Shown: positions 47,505 to 57,919, counted from the stretch's first letter. The stretch: DNA of 64,000 bases from Patescibacteria group bacterium (GCA_024238995.1 JANBVL010000002.1:14414-78413); one strand, 5' to 3'. The notes: a model not told the origin generated them from the letters alone. Made by a program: numbers and translations.

Positions 47505-48167
47505 TTATTTTTTGTCTTTTGTTTTCTGTTTTTTACTTTTTACTAAAAATGTTTCTTTAATGACCTTTATGCTTTGTTTTGGAATAATCAAGTACTTAAA
47601 AGATACAAGGTCTAAACAATTCAAATCCTTTGCCTGAACAACTTTAATATTGGGAATATTTCTTGCTGCTAAAATTATGTTCTTATCTAACTCCGGCAAT
47701 GCGATCAAAGCGCTTTTCTTTTTTAAATTAAGATTATTTATAAATTCAAGCATCAATTTTGTTTTTGGACTATCAAATTTTAAATCATCTGAAACAACAA
47801 GCAGCTTGTCTTTTTCTTTTTGAGACAAAACTATAAACAAAGCTAATCTTTTCATTCTCTTGGGAATTCTTTTCTTAAAAATAGTATCTTTTCTTGGACC
47901 AAAAGTAATTCCTCCGCCGATCCAAATAGGAGATCTAATTGAACCGTGTCTTGCTTTTCCTAATCCTTTTTGACGCCAAGGTTTTTTTCCCCCACCTCTT
48001 ACCTCACTTCTGTCTTTGGTATGAGCGATTGACCTTCTTTTGTTTGCCATCTGAGATACAACAACCTGATGAACTAAATCACTATTAAATTTCACTTCAA
48101 AAATCTCTTTTGGCAGCAAAGATTGTGTTGGTTTTTTTTCTTTTTTGTTTATTATTTCAGTTTTCAT
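47505..48167 (-). CDS. rplD: 50S ribosomal protein L4
   Basis: RQKGLGKARHGSIRSPIWIGGGITFGP motif. Confidence 0.9.
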   Translation of the reverse strand: MKTEIINKKEKKPTQSLLPKEIFEVKFNSDLVHQVVVSQMANKRRSIAHTKDRSEVRGGGKKPWRQKGLGKARHGSIRSPIWIGGGITFGPRKDTIFKKRIPKRMKRLALFIVLSQKEKDKLLVVSDDLKFDSPKTKLMLEFINNLNLKKKSALIALPELDKNIILAARNIPNIKVVQAKDLNCLDLVSFKYLIIPKQSIKVIKETFLVKSKKQKTKDKK

Positions 48168-48168
48168 A

Positions 48169-48759
48169 TTATCCTCTTATTTCAAGCAAAGTTCCTTTTC
48201 TTCCAGGTATAGCCCCTCTTATAAACAAAGCATTGTTCTTTTTATCAATTTTAATAATTTTTAAATTCTTTACTGTAATTCTATCAAAGCCCATTCTGCC
48301 AGGCATTTTTTTTCCTTTTATCACTCTTGAAGGGCTTGAAGCTCCTATTGAACCTATTGATCTTAAAAAGCCTTTTGCCCCTCTGGATTTAGGCTGCCCC
48401 CTAAACCCCCATCTTTTTACTCCTCCAGCAAATCCTTTTCCTTTAGAAATCCCTGATATCTTTATTAACTTAACCTCTTCAAAATTAGAGACATCAATTT
48501 TCTGTCCAACTTTATAATCTGAAATATTTGCCTGAAACTCTCTTAAATGTTTAAAGGCTTTGTTTTTCTGACTTTTCTTAATTTTTTTATCTTTTAATTT
48601 CAAAAAGCCAATCTGAACAGCTTTATAGCCATCTTTCTCTTTAGTCTTAATTTGGGTAATCTCACAAGGTCCAGCCTCAACCAAAGTAACAGGAACTGGA
48701 ATTCCTTTTTCATCAAACACTTTTGACATACCTATTTTTAAACCTAGTATAAACTTCAT
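48169..48759 (-). CDS. rplC: 50S ribosomal protein L3
   Basis: L3 fold (ILGLKIGMSKVFDEKG...). Confidence 0.9.
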   Translation of the reverse strand: MKFILGLKIGMSKVFDEKGIPVPVTLVEAGPCEITQIKTKEKDGYKAVQIGFLKLKDKKIKKSQKNKAFKHLREFQANISDYKVGQKIDVSNFEEVKLIKISGISKGKGFAGGVKRWGFRGQPKSRGAKGFLRSIGSIGASSPSRVIKGKKMPGRMGFDRITVKNLKIIKIDKKNNALFIRGAIPGRKGTLLEIRG

Positions 48760-48777
48760 ATTTTCTCTAACTTAAAA

Positions 48778-48792
48778 CCGGGCATAGCCCGG
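48778..48792 (-). other. GC-rich hairpin (ccgggc-ata-gcccgg, followed in minus sense by UUUU) in the 133-nt spacer between rpsJ and rplC. Possible attenuator or processing/stability element.
   Basis: Direct reading. S10 and L3 genes are normally directly adjacent. Confidence 0.3.
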
Positions 48793-48892
48793 CTCTAAAA
48801 CCATCGGCTATTTGAAATTGATTTATAATATTTTAAAAACTAATTTCATCATTTTAATTACGCTAAGAATAATCCTCTGACAAATATCTATT

Positions 48893-49234
48893 TTACATTT
48901 TGATTTCAATATCAACTCCAGCAGGTAAATTCAAACCTTGCAAAGCATCAATCACTTTAGGGCTTGGCTCCAGGATATCAATCAATCTTTTATGAATTCT
49001 AATTTCAAACTGTTCTTTGCTTTTTTTATGAATAAAAGTAGATCTATTAACAGTGTATTTATTAATTTCAGTAGGTAAAGGAACAGGTCCCAGTACCTTA
49101 ACACTATAACGCTCTGCCATTTCAATAATTTGTTTGGCAGAACTATCAATTACTTTATGATCATAAGCTTTAAGCTTAATCCTGAGCCTAGTCTTAATAT
49201 CGGGCTCAACAGTATCTGTTTTTTTCTTTGGCAT
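48893..49234 (-). CDS. rpsJ: 30S ribosomal protein S10
   Basis: [14 protein letters not shown] motif. Confidence 0.9.
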   Translation of the reverse strand: MPKKKTDTVEPDIKTRLRIKLKAYDHKVIDSSAKQIIEMAERYSVKVLGPVPLPTEINKYTVNRSTFIHKKSKEQFEIRIHKRLIDILEPSPKVIDALQGLNLPAGVDIEIKM

Positions 49235-49300
49235 CTTAACGAACTAATAACCTCTATAAATTAAATTACCAAGTTAACTTGGCAATTTAATTTCATTTAT

Positions 49301-50500
49301 TTATTTCAATATTTTTGTAACAACTCCTGATGCAACAGTCTTGCCTCCTTCTCTGATAGCGAAACGTTGACCATCTTCCATAGCAATAGGAGCAATTAAC
49401 TTAATTTTCAGAGTAACAGTGTCGCCAGGCATTACCATTTCAGTTCCTTCAGGCAAAGCAACATCACCAGTAATATCAGTAGTTCTAAAATAGAATTGAG
49501 GCTTGTAACCAGTGAAAAATGGCGTATGTCTTCCCCCTTCTTCTTTATTTAAAACATAAACCTGACCGTCAAATTCAGAATGAGGTGTAATGCTGTCTGG
49601 CTTAGCTAATACCTGACCTCTCTCAGTATCTTCTTTTTTAATACCTCTAAGAAGCACTCCAACATTGTCCCCTGCTCTTCCTTCATCTAAGATCTTGCTA
49701 AACATCTCAATAGAAACAGCAGTTGTTTTAACAGTTGGCCTTATTCCAATCAGAGCCACTTCTTCATTGGGTTTGATAATTCCTCTTTCAATTCTTCCTG
49801 TTGCTACAGTTCCTCTCCCTTCAATAGTAAATACATCTTCAATTGCCATTAAAAATGGTTTATCTGTTTCTCTTACTGGTTCTTTAATATACTCATCAAC
49901 AACTTTAATCAGTTCCAGTATTGGTTTAATAGCTTCATCATCAACTGATTTAGCATCTAAGGCTTTTAAAGATGAACCCTTGATAATTGGTATTTCATCT
50001 CCGGGAAACTTATATTTTTTAAGAAGTTCCCTTAATTCTGATTCAACCAACTCAATAATTTCTGGATCATCAACCTGGTCGCATTTATTAATAAACACAA
50101 CCAAAGATGGCAAGCCAACCTGTCTTGATAGAAGGATGTGTTCTCTTGTTTGAGGCATTGGGCCGTCAACGGCTGAGACTACTAAAATTCCTCCATCCAT
50201 TTGGGCAGCTCCAGTAATCATGTTTTTAATATAGTCGGCGTGTCCTGGACAATCAATTAAAGCGTAGTGGCGTTTATCGCTCTCAAATTCAACGTGAGAA
50301 ACTGAGATTGTTAAACCCCTGGCTCTTTCTTCTGGAGCAGCATTTAATTCATCTACACCAAAATTTGTTGCATTTAAACCTTTCAATCTTGAAACGTGTA
50401 AAATTGCAGCAGTGGTGGTTGTTTTTCCATGCGCAACATGGCCAATAGTACCGATATTGACATGGGGTTTTGATCTTACAAATTTTTCTTTTTCTGCCAT
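49301..50500 (-). CDS. tuf: elongation factor Tu
   Basis: [17 protein letters not shown] and NKCD GTPase motifs. Confidence 0.95.
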   Translation of the reverse strand: MAEKEKFVRSKPHVNIGTIGHVAHGKTTTTAAILHVSRLKGLNATNFGVDELNAAPEERARGLTISVSHVEFESDKRHYALIDCPGHADYIKNMITGAAQMDGGILVVSAVDGPMPQTREHILLSRQVGLPSLVVFINKCDQVDDPEIIELVESELRELLKKYKFPGDEIPIIKGSSLKALDAKSVDDEAIKPILELIKVVDEYIKEPVRETDKPFLMAIEDVFTIEGRGTVATGRIERGIIKPNEEVALIGIRPTVKTTAVSIEMFSKILDEGRAGDNVGVLLRGIKKEDTERGQVLAKPDSITPHSEFDGQVYVLNKEEGGRHTPFFTGYKPQFYFRTTDITGDVALPEGTEMVMPGDTVTLKIKLIAPIAMEDGQRFAIREGGKTVASGVVTKILK

Positions 50501-50587
50501 ATTAATTGTTTATTATATATTGTTATTAATTATTTATATATATCAAGATTTTGAAAAAATATCAATACCTTCCAACGCCAAAAACCA

Positions 50588-52720
50588 CTATTTCTTCTTT
50601 CCTTCAACAATCTGTTCAACCACGTTTTTAGGCACTTCTTGATAACTATCAAACTCCATTGTAAATGTTCCCCTGCCCTCAGTCAAGCTTCTTATAGTTG
50701 TAGCATAACCAAACATCTCAGCTAAAGGCACATTAGCGTCAATTATCTTTAAATTAAGCCTATCTTTAGTTTCTTTTATTTTACCTCTCCTCGCTGATAA
50801 ATCTCCTATTACATCACCAAAAAAGTTCTCAGGAATAACTACTTCTAGTTTCATTATTGGTTCTAACAGTACTGGATTTCCTTTTTTAGCTGCATCTTGA
50901 AAAGCCATGGAACCAGCGATTTTAAAGGCGAATTCAGAAGAATCAACTTCATGGAAAGAACCATCTTGAAGAGTTACACCAATATCAATCATAGGATAAC
51001 CTGCAACTATTCCTTTTTCCATAGCTTCTTTTACTCCTTTTTCAACTGCTGGAATAAATTCTTTTGGTATTGATCCTCCTTTAATCTTATCAAAGAATTC
51101 AAATCCTTTGCCTTTTTCTCTTGGCTCTATCTCAAGTACAACATGACCATATTGGCCTCTTCCACCTGACTGCTTAACATATTTAGATTCAGCTTTAGAA
51201 GTAGCTTTAATTGTTTCTTTATATGCAACCTGAGGTCTTCCAACATTTGCTTCAACACTAAATTCTCTTTTCATTCTATCAACGATGATTTCTAAATGAA
51301 GCTCGCCCATGCCAGAAATAATAGTTTCATTAGTCTCGTTATCTATTTTCATTGTGAAAGTTGGATCTTCTCGAGACAGTCTTTTTAAAGCAACACCCAT
51401 TTTTTCTTCATCTACTTTATTTTTAGGCTCAACCCTAATAGAAATAACTGGTTCTGGAAAAATAATTTCTTCTAAAACAATTGGATTGTCTTCATCACAC
51501 AATGTATTACCAGTAGAAGTATTTTTAAGGCCGACAGTAGCAGCAATATCACCTGCATAAATCTCATCAATATCTTCGCGGGAATCAGCGTGCATTCTTA
51601 AAATTCTACTGATTCTTTCTTTTTCACCAGTAGCAGTATTTAAAACATAAGAACCTTTTTTAAGTGTTCCTGAATATACTCTGAAAAAAGTTAAAGAACC
51701 AACATAAGGATCAGTAGCAATTTTAAAAGCCAAACAGGCAAATGGATCGTTGTCATCTGTTCTTCTTTTGATCACTTTATTTGTATCAGGATCAGTTCCT
51801 TCAACAGGAGGAAGATCAATAGGACTTGGCAAATAATAAATTACTGCATCTAAAACTGGCTGGACTCCTTTGTTTTTCAAAGATGAACCGCAAAACACTG
51901 GATACAGCTTATTGACAATAGTTGCTTTTCTTAAAGCTGCTCTTAACTCATCATTTGAAATTTCTTGCTGAGCTAAATATTTTTCTAAAAGCGCTTCATC
52001 TTCTCCTGCAATCTTTTCAATCATTTTTTCTCTCCACTCTTTGGCTTTCTCTGTTAAATCAGCAGGAATATCTTCTTGTTTTACAATTTCTCCTGAATCT
52101 CCTTCAAATCTAATAGCTTTCATTGTAAATAAATCAATCACGCCTTTAAAATGTTCCTCTGCTCCAATTGGAAGCTGTACTGCAACGGCATTTGGATTTA
52201 GTTTTTCCCAAATAGATTCTAATCCTTTGTAAAAATCAGCGCCCATTCTGTCCATTTTATTGATAAGACATATTCTTGGAACATTAAACTTGTCAGCTTG
52301 GCGCCAAACAGTTTCTGATTGAGGTTCTACACCAGCCACTCCATCAAAAACAACTACTCCGCCATCTAATACCCTTAAAGATCTTTGAACTTCAGCTGTG
52401 AAATCAATGTGTCCTGGGGTATCAATAATATTGATCTTATATTCCTTTTCCCCTTTTTGAGCCAAATCTTGAGGTGTCCAAAAACAAGTAATAGCGGCTG
52501 AGGTGATTGTAATACCCCTTTCTCTTTCCTGATCCATCCAGTCAGTAGTAGTTGTACCTTCATCAATGTCTCCAATCTTATGAGTAATACCAGTGTAAAA
52601 CAAAACACGCTCAGTAGTTGTTGTTTTACCAGCATCAATATGAGCGATTATCCCAATATTCCTAAGTTTTTCTAAAGGATATTTTCTAGCCATATTAATA
52701 AGAAAAATGAGCGAAGGCAC
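50588..52720 (-). CDS. fusA: elongation factor G
   Basis: [17 protein letters not shown] and NKMD motifs in a 710-aa protein. Confidence 0.95.
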   Translation of the reverse strand: MPSLIFLINMARKYPLEKLRNIGIIAHIDAGKTTTTERVLFYTGITHKIGDIDEGTTTTDWMDQERERGITITSAAITCFWTPQDLAQKGEKEYKINIIDTPGHIDFTAEVQRSLRVLDGGVVVFDGVAGVEPQSETVWRQADKFNVPRICLINKMDRMGADFYKGLESIWEKLNPNAVAVQLPIGAEEHFKGVIDLFTMKAIRFEGDSGEIVKQEDIPADLTEKAKEWREKMIEKIAGEDEALLEKYLAQQEISNDELRAALRKATIVNKLYPVFCGSSLKNKGVQPVLDAVIYYLPSPIDLPPVEGTDPDTNKVIKRRTDDNDPFACLAFKIATDPYVGSLTFFRVYSGTLKKGSYVLNTATGEKERISRILRMHADSREDIDEIYAGDIAATVGLKNTSTGNTLCDEDNPIVLEEIIFPEPVISIRVEPKNKVDEEKMGVALKRLSREDPTFTMKIDNETNETIISGMGELHLEIIVDRMKREFSVEANVGRPQVAYKETIKATSKAESKYVKQSGGRGQYGHVVLEIEPREKGKGFEFFDKIKGGSIPKEFIPAVEKGVKEAMEKGIVAGYPMIDIGVTLQDGSFHEVDSSEFAFKIAGSMAFQDAAKKGNPVLLEPIMKLEVVIPENFFGDVIGDLSARRGKIKETKDRLNLKIIDANVPLAEMFGYATTIRSLTEGRGTFTMEFDSYQEVPKNVVEQIVEGKKK

Positions 52721-53168
52721 GATTAGCTTCTGCCATCTTATAAGTATCTTCTTTTTTCTTTACTGCCCAGCCAGTATTATTAGCAGCACTCATTAATTCT
52801 TCAGCCAGCTTTTCCCTCATTGGCCTACCTTTTTTTGTTTTAGCTGCCTTTATTATCCACCTCATTGCTAGAGTAAACTTTCTTTCTCCTTTTACTTCTA
52901 CTGGAATTTGATATGTTGCTCCACCAACTCTTCTTGGTCTTACTTCCAGTATTGGACTTGTGTTTTTAATCGCTTGATTAAAAATCTCTAATGGTTCTTT
53001 TTTTGTTTTCTCCTTAATAATATCAAAAGCACTATAAACAATTTTTCTAGCAATACTTTTTTTACCTTTTCTCATTATGTAATTAATGAATTTGGAAATC
53101 TCTTCACTGTTATATACAAGATCAGGCTGAATTTCTCTTTTCTTTATTTTTTTTCTTCTTCTAGCCAT
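52695..53168 (-). CDS. rpsG: 30S ribosomal protein S7
   Basis: S7 fold (ARRRKK..., [21 protein letters not shown]). Confidence 0.9.
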   Translation of the reverse strand: MARRRKKIKKREIQPDLVYNSEEISKFINYIMRKGKKSIARKIVYSAFDIIKEKTKKEPLEIFNQAIKNTSPILEVRPRRVGGATYQIPVEVKGERKFTLAMRWIIKAAKTKKGRPMREKLAEELMSAANNTGWAVKKKEDTYKMAEANRAFAHFSY

Positions 53169-53171
53169 AGT

Positions 53172-53585
53172 TTATTTTTTTGGTCTTTTTGTTCCATATT
53201 TTGATCTTATCTGTTTTCTGCCCTCAACTCCTCCTGCATCTAAAACACCTCTTACTACTTTATAACTTACTCCTGGCAAATCCTTAATTCTCCCGCCTCT
53301 TATCATTACAACAGAATGCTCCTGCAGGTTATGACCCTCTCCAGGAATATATGCTGTTACTTCCTGACCATTAGTCAGTCTTACTCTTGCAACCTTTTTT
53401 AGTCCTGAATGAGGTTTTTTAGGAGTCATTGTAAAAACTTTTAAGCACACCCCTCTTTTAAACGGAGAAGGATATTTTATTGGTCTGTTTTTTAAAGCAT
53501 TAAAACTAAATTTAAAAACAGAAGCTTTCTTTCGCTTTTTTGGTTTTTTTCTTGGTTTTTTAACTAATTGATTAATTGTTGGCAT
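53172..53585 (-). CDS. rpsL: 30S ribosomal protein S12 (start taken at MPTINQL; the track ORF has 4 extra codons)
   Basis: [39 protein letters not shown] motif. Confidence 0.9.
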   Translation of the reverse strand: MPTINQLVKKPRKKPKKRKKASVFKFSFNALKNRPIKYPSPFKRGVCLKVFTMTPKKPHSGLKKVARVRLTNGQEVTAYIPGEGHNLQEHSVVMIRGGRIKDLPGVSYKVVRGVLDAGGVEGRKQIRSKYGTKRPKK

Positions 53586-53689
53586 AATTAAAAACAATTA
53601 AGTGCTCTGGCACTTTTATGGAATAAATTTAACAAGGAAAATGATTAAAGTCAATGCCTTAATTTATTTATTCGTTTAATGTAAGCGCT

Positions 53690-54313
53690 TTAAAAAATTA
53701 ATAACTGACCTGAAATTAATGTATAAAAAATTTCTGCTCCTCTAAAAATCCATCCTATTCCAAAGAATATAAATAGCAGAAGAAAAGCTAAGCTGTATTG
53801 TCTTAAAAACATTTTAAATCCTGAGAGCTTATCTGGCAACAGAGAAGACAAAATATGATAGCCATCAAGTGGTGAAATAGGAATTAAATTAAACAATCCC
53901 AAAACAAAATTATAAAAAGCAATAATACTAAATAAAATAAACAGTATTAATGATAAAGGGATAAATCTAATAATCAAACTAAAAATTATTCCAACAAGAA
54001 AATTACTTAAAGGACCTGCAATAGAAACCTTTAAAGTCCCCCATTTCTGGTCACGGAAGTTATATGGATTAATTGGCACTGGTTTTGCCCATCCGAAAAT
54101 TGGACCTTTCCCAGCGGTTATTAAAAACAACATTAAAGGCAAAAGAACAGAGCCAAACGGATCTAAGTGCTTTAAAGGATTTAAAGTTAATCTTCCAGCA
54201 TACTTTGCTGTTGGATCTCCCAGATAATAAGCAACGCTGCCATGAGCAATTTCATGAATTATAATTGAAAACAGAAGCACTATTAATGTAAATATTAAAA
54301 TAATTGGATTCAT
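53690..54313 (-). CDS. small polytopic M50-family zinc metalloprotease (site-2-protease-like, SpoIVFB/YwhC type)
   Basis: HEIAHGSVAY HExxH inside a TM helix, with about 6 TM segments. Confidence 0.65.
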   Translation of the reverse strand: MNPIILIFTLIVLLFSIIIHEIAHGSVAYYLGDPTAKYAGRLTLNPLKHLDPFGSVLLPLMLFLITAGKGPIFGWAKPVPINPYNFRDQKWGTLKVSIAGPLSNFLVGIIFSLIIRFIPLSLILFILFSIIAFYNFVLGLFNLIPISPLDGYHILSSLLPDKLSGFKMFLRQYSLAFLLLFIFFGIGWIFRGAEIFYTLISGQLLIF

Positions 54314-54341
54314 ATCTTTATTCTACAAATTATACTATAAC

Positions 54342-54370
54342 TTGAAAAGATTTTAAAAAACTTATAGAAT
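54342..54370 (+). promoter_or_regulatory. Sigma70-like promoter for rpmB (TTGAAA, 17 nt spacer, TAGAAT)
   Basis: ttgaaa agattttaaaaaactta tagaat, 9 nt before the ATG. Confidence 0.4.
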
Positions 54371-54379
54371 TATTTAATC

Positions 54380-54604
54380 ATGGCAAAAGAATGTCAAATA
54401 TGCAACAAAAAATCAAGAATGATTCAGAAGCTGGTAAAGCTTCGTGGAAAATATAATCCAACAAGCAAAAAAAGAAAATACCCAAATATCCAATGGGTTA
54501 ATGTTCCTGTTGGAACAAAACAAAAGAACTTTAAGGGCTTTGGTGGTAAAAGGATAAAAGCCTGTACAAAATGTATCAAAAGCTTGTCTAAAAAAGAGCG
54601 CTAA
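54380..54604 (+). CDS. rpmB: 50S ribosomal protein L28 with a C-terminal CxxC extension
   Basis: MAKECQICNKKS...KRKYPNIQW resembles the L28 pattern MxRxCxxTGK....KR.F.PNLQ. Confidence 0.6.
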   Translation: MAKECQICNKKSRMIQKLVKLRGKYNPTSKKRKYPNIQWVNVPVGTKQKNFKGFGGKRIKACTKCIKSLSKKER

Positions 54605-54623
54605 TTATATAGTGCTTTTCACT

Positions 54624-54650
54624 AAAAAACCACGTTTGACGTGGTTTTTT
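54624..54650 (+). terminator. Rho-independent terminator after rpmB (10-bp stem aaaaaccacg/cgtggttttt with T-run)
   Basis: Direct reading. Confidence 0.7.
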
Positions 54651-54787
54651 AGTGCCCTGTTTTTCATAAGAAATTTCTGAAGAAAATTCCAGGTGGGAAT
54701 CCTTAGGCATACTCCACAGAGTATGCATCATATCAGACTCCCTATAAAAATGTATTCTCAGATTTCGTTAGAAAAACTAGGGCACTA
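54650..54787. other. Intergenic structured element: a 9-bp long-range inverted repeat (tagtgccct / agggcacta) enclosing about 120 nt, with an internal 8-bp hairpin (gcatactc-caca-gagtatgc). Possible small RNA.
   Basis: Direct reading. The region lies between the 3' ends of two convergent genes, so it is not a leader. Confidence 0.25.
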
Positions 54788-54823
54788 TCTATTTTACCTT
54801 TATCTAAAAATCCCTGTCAATTT

Positions 54824-55882
54824 TTATAAATTAAAAATTTTAACAAGTTGCTTGATTAAAGAAACTGTTGGCGGTTGAGCTAACAGACTATAAGAATCAA
54901 CACCTTTATCATCTTTAATAATCCATGGCTTTTCTTTAATATTTACTTTTTGTTTGCTTTCATCCCATTCATATACATATTCAGGAGTAACTTCATAATC
55001 ATCAATATATTCTTTGGCAACATTGACTGGCACTGAATTTTTTATCAAAACTTTTGAAATTCCATAAAGAGAAAGCGCTCTTTTAATTAACTCATCATCT
55101 TTTTGTAATCTATCTTTAATTGGTTCAATTCCAAATTCATCTCCTTCTTTTGAAACCATTTTTACATCTTTGCAATCCGGATTATCACACATTAAATAAA
55201 ACTCATTGTTTTCATAACCAATCTTTGAAGTTGGCAAAAGCCTAATATTTCTTGAAGTTTTACAAACAGGGCAAACTCTTCTATGTTTTATTCTTTCATC
55301 AATTACATTTTTAGGAACATCAATTAAAATAAAAACATCTCTGTCATCTCTGTAGCCAATTAAGTCTCTAAAAAATAAAGAGAAGTCTATTTGATTTAAA
55401 TCCCTGGGAAATCCATCAAGAAACAATGTTTTTTTACCAATCTTTTGTATTTCTCTTTTTATTAAAATTAAGATAAGTTCTGTTGGCAGTAATGTTTTTG
55501 TGCTTCTGCTCTCTAGGGAAGCAATGATTTCTTTTAAATCTTTCGGCCCTCTGTAGTTTGTTTCTAGAAAAGAAACCAGTTCTTTTTTAGAATCTTCACT
55601 GGAAAGCTCTTTGTCAATTTCTCTAACCATGTCCCCTACAGAAAAATGATGTATTAGTTCAGGACCAACGAGACGGGCAAACATTTTTGAATATGTTCCT
55701 TTACCTGAGTTTTTTTTACCTAAAAAATATGCAATGAAAGTATTTTCTTTTAAAAATTCTTTCAATTTTTTAATTTCTTCTCCTGCTTTAGCTTGAAAAT
55801 ACTCATTTTGTTCTTTTGGATCTATTAAATTGAATTTTTTATCTATTCCTTTGATTTTAGTTTTAAAAATTGGAAACTGCAT
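54824..55882 (-). CDS. divergent adenylate-kinase-family (NMP kinase) paralogue with N- and C-terminal extensions and a Cys4-type LID
   Basis: P-loop LGKKNSGKGT, canonical NMP-site motif HHFSVGDMVREI, LFLDGFPRDLNQ, and a LID segment CPVCKTSR...CDNPDC. At 352 aa it is far longer than the usual ~190-220 aa Adk. Confidence 0.6.
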   Translation of the reverse strand: MQFPIFKTKIKGIDKKFNLIDPKEQNEYFQAKAGEEIKKLKEFLKENTFIAYFLGKKNSGKGTYSKMFARLVGPELIHHFSVGDMVREIDKELSSEDSKKELVSFLETNYRGPKDLKEIIASLESRSTKTLLPTELILILIKREIQKIGKKTLFLDGFPRDLNQIDFSLFFRDLIGYRDDRDVFILIDVPKNVIDERIKHRRVCPVCKTSRNIRLLPTSKIGYENNEFYLMCDNPDCKDVKMVSKEGDEFGIEPIKDRLQKDDELIKRALSLYGISKVLIKNSVPVNVAKEYIDDYEVTPEYVYEWDESKQKVNIKEKPWIIKDDKGVDSYSLLAQPPTVSLIKQLVKIFNL

Positions 55883-55886
55883 AATT

Positions 55887-56732
55887 TTAATCTGTTATTG
55901 TAACATTATCTCCATCTGAAATGATTTTAATATCACCCAGCTGATCTGTTCTTAAAACTTTTATATCATAATCAGTCAAAATCTCCAAAACTTTATCATG
56001 TGGATGACCATAACTATTATCTTTTCCAGCTGATATTACAGCAATTTGAGGAGTAACATTTTCCAATAATTCTTTTGAAGTTGAAGTTTTGCTTCCATGA
56101 TGACCGATTTTTAAAACCTCACAATCTAAATCTAATTGTTTGTCTATAATCTTTCTTTCTACTGAGCTATAAATATCACCTGTGAAAATAAAACAAGTGT
56201 CATTGAATACTAAACGACTGACAATTGAACTATTATTAGTATTTTTAACAATCTGACCTTCTAAATTTTCGAAAGGATAAAGTATTTCAAAAAAAATATT
56301 TGGCGCAATGATTTTCTGGCCTAACTGCGCAATTTCTACATTTGAATCCTCAATTAATCTTGTCCATTCATCATATTCTCCAGTATCTCTTAAAACGCCT
56401 GTCCATAAAATATTTTCTACATTATATCTTTTCAAAACCTCAATCAAACCTGCAATGTGGTCATGTTCTGGATGCGTTAATATTATTAAATCAATTGTCC
56501 TGTCCCAGAAGTCTATTTCTTTTCCCAGCTTATTCAAAATCGCACTACTTGGACCGCCATCAATTAATATTTGATAATTTAGGGGCGTTTCAATAAATAC
56601 TGCATCACCTTGCCCAATGTCAAAAAAAATAACCTCGAGCAACTGAGGCCTATCATAATTGTAGATAATTAACCAAGTAAAAATATTGAAGAACAATAAA
56701 ACAATTAAAATTGTTTTTTTCTTGTTTGCCAA
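55887..56732 (-). CDS. ComEC/Rec2-type metallo-beta-lactamase-domain protein (standalone MBL domain with an N-terminal TM anchor)
   Basis: FFDIGQGDAVFIET, THPEHDHIAG and KIGHHGSKTS motifs. Confidence 0.65.
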   Translation of the reverse strand: MANKKKTILIVLLFFNIFTWLIIYNYDRPQLLEVIFFDIGQGDAVFIETPLNYQILIDGGPSSAILNKLGKEIDFWDRTIDLIILTHPEHDHIAGLIEVLKRYNVENILWTGVLRDTGEYDEWTRLIEDSNVEIAQLGQKIIAPNIFFEILYPFENLEGQIVKNTNNSSIVSRLVFNDTCFIFTGDIYSSVERKIIDKQLDLDCEVLKIGHHGSKTSTSKELLENVTPQIAVISAGKDNSYGHPHDKVLEILTDYDIKVLRTDQLGDIKIISDGDNVTITD

Positions 56733-56931
56733 GTTAATAAAAATTCATGAGATAGCTTAATTTCTCCATTTCTTGTTCTAGTTCCTTTGAAATAATATGA
56801 TTCATATTTTTAAAAATTAACTGTATTTTTTTATTCTATCTAAAAATCAAGCAAAAGAAAAATGTACAAGAAAGCACCAACCATTAATGATTGGTGCTTC
56901 TTAAAACTTCTAAAAAGTTTTGAGTGCAAAT

Positions 56932-57093
56932 TTAGGCTTTGCCCAAAATTCTAAACATTTTAGTGCCGCATTCTGGACAGGTGCCAGTCATAGCTCTTCT
57001 TTTAGCGCCTCCTTTTCCTTTCATTTCAACTTCTTTCTCATTCAGCATGTCTTGCTTTTTTTTACATTTAACGCAGTATGCTTCTGTTGCCAT
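56932..57093 (-). CDS. 53-aa zinc-ribbon protein (CxxC ... CPxCG), not in the ORF track
   Basis: Minus-strand translation is MATEAYCVKCKKKQDMLNEKEVEMKGKGGAKRRAMTGTCPECGTKMFRILGKA. The antisense + ORF at 56920..57117 is low-complexity and considered spurious. Confidence 0.45.
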   Translation of the reverse strand: MATEAYCVKCKKKQDMLNEKEVEMKGKGGAKRRAMTGTCPECGTKMFRILGKA

Positions 57094-57286
57094 AGAAATA
57101 TATTTAAATTAGATTAAGTCCCTATTAAGCTCTGGATATGAGCTTTAAAACGACCTTTAGTTAACTATTCATAAAATGAACTTATCCACAACCTTATTTT
57201 ACCTTAAATTAAGCGTAAATTATAGTCAAGCCCCTTTAATTCCTATTTCTGTTTATAAATTTCTTTAATTTTTCTCTTCTTCCATA

Positions 57287-57841
57287 CTATAGACCCAAAT
57301 CGTCTGATATTTTTTGCATTGAGCTTAAAGTAATAGCTACAAACTCTTCTAAACTTAAATTAAGATATTCTCCACATTTTTTAATAATTTCTCTGTTAGC
57401 TCCTTTAGCAAAAGCTTTTTCCTTAAAGCGCTTCAAAATACTCTCTGCCTCCAAGTCATTAATCTTTTTTGAAGGCAAAACTAAAGTGGCAGCAACAACT
57501 AAACCCGTCAAGGGATCAACACAGAATAAAGCTTTAGCCATTAAGCTTTCTGGTTTAATGCCATGGAATTCATTATGGGTTAAAACAGCATTATAGATCT
57601 CTTTATCAAAGCCTAGTTCTTTTAACATGTCAGCTCCTTGCTTTGAATGAATCTTTTCATTGCCAGCAGTTTTCTCATAATCAATGTCGTGCACCAATCC
57701 ACAAATCCCCCATTCTTCAGCATCTTCATTGAATTTTTGAGCTAAACTTCTCATAACAGCTTCTACTGCTAAACAATGTTTGATTAGATTATTGTTTTTT
57801 AAATTCTCTTTTAATAAACTTAGTGCCTGGTCTCTTGTCAT
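57287..57841 (-). CDS. HD-domain metal-dependent phosphohydrolase
   Basis: HCLAVEAVMRSL...GLVHDIDYEK gives an H...HD motif. Confidence 0.6.
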   Translation of the reverse strand: MTRDQALSLLKENLKNNNLIKHCLAVEAVMRSLAQKFNEDAEEWGICGLVHDIDYEKTAGNEKIHSKQGADMLKELGFDKEIYNAVLTHNEFHGIKPESLMAKALFCVDPLTGLVVAATLVLPSKKINDLEAESILKRFKEKAFAKGANREIIKKCGEYLNLSLEEFVAITLSSMQKISDDLGL

Positions 57842-57919
57842 AGTTATAGTGGGTTAAATGATTTGAATATTATAACAAATTTATTTAATATGACATATAT
57901 AGCAATATAATTAATATAT

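Noticed and set aside
49665-50153. 162-aa plus-strand ORF inside tuf, together with several similar antisense ORFs inside fusA, gatB, copA, secY and alaS
   Set aside because: All are fully embedded antisense in highly conserved genes and have Ser/Leu/Ile-rich low-complexity translations. They are classic shadow ORFs.
56920-57117. 65-aa plus-strand ORF (MSANLGFAQNSKHF...)
   Set aside because: It is antisense to a better-supported 53-aa zinc-ribbon ORF, and its composition is F/S-rich low complexity typical of antisense readings of K/E-rich genes.
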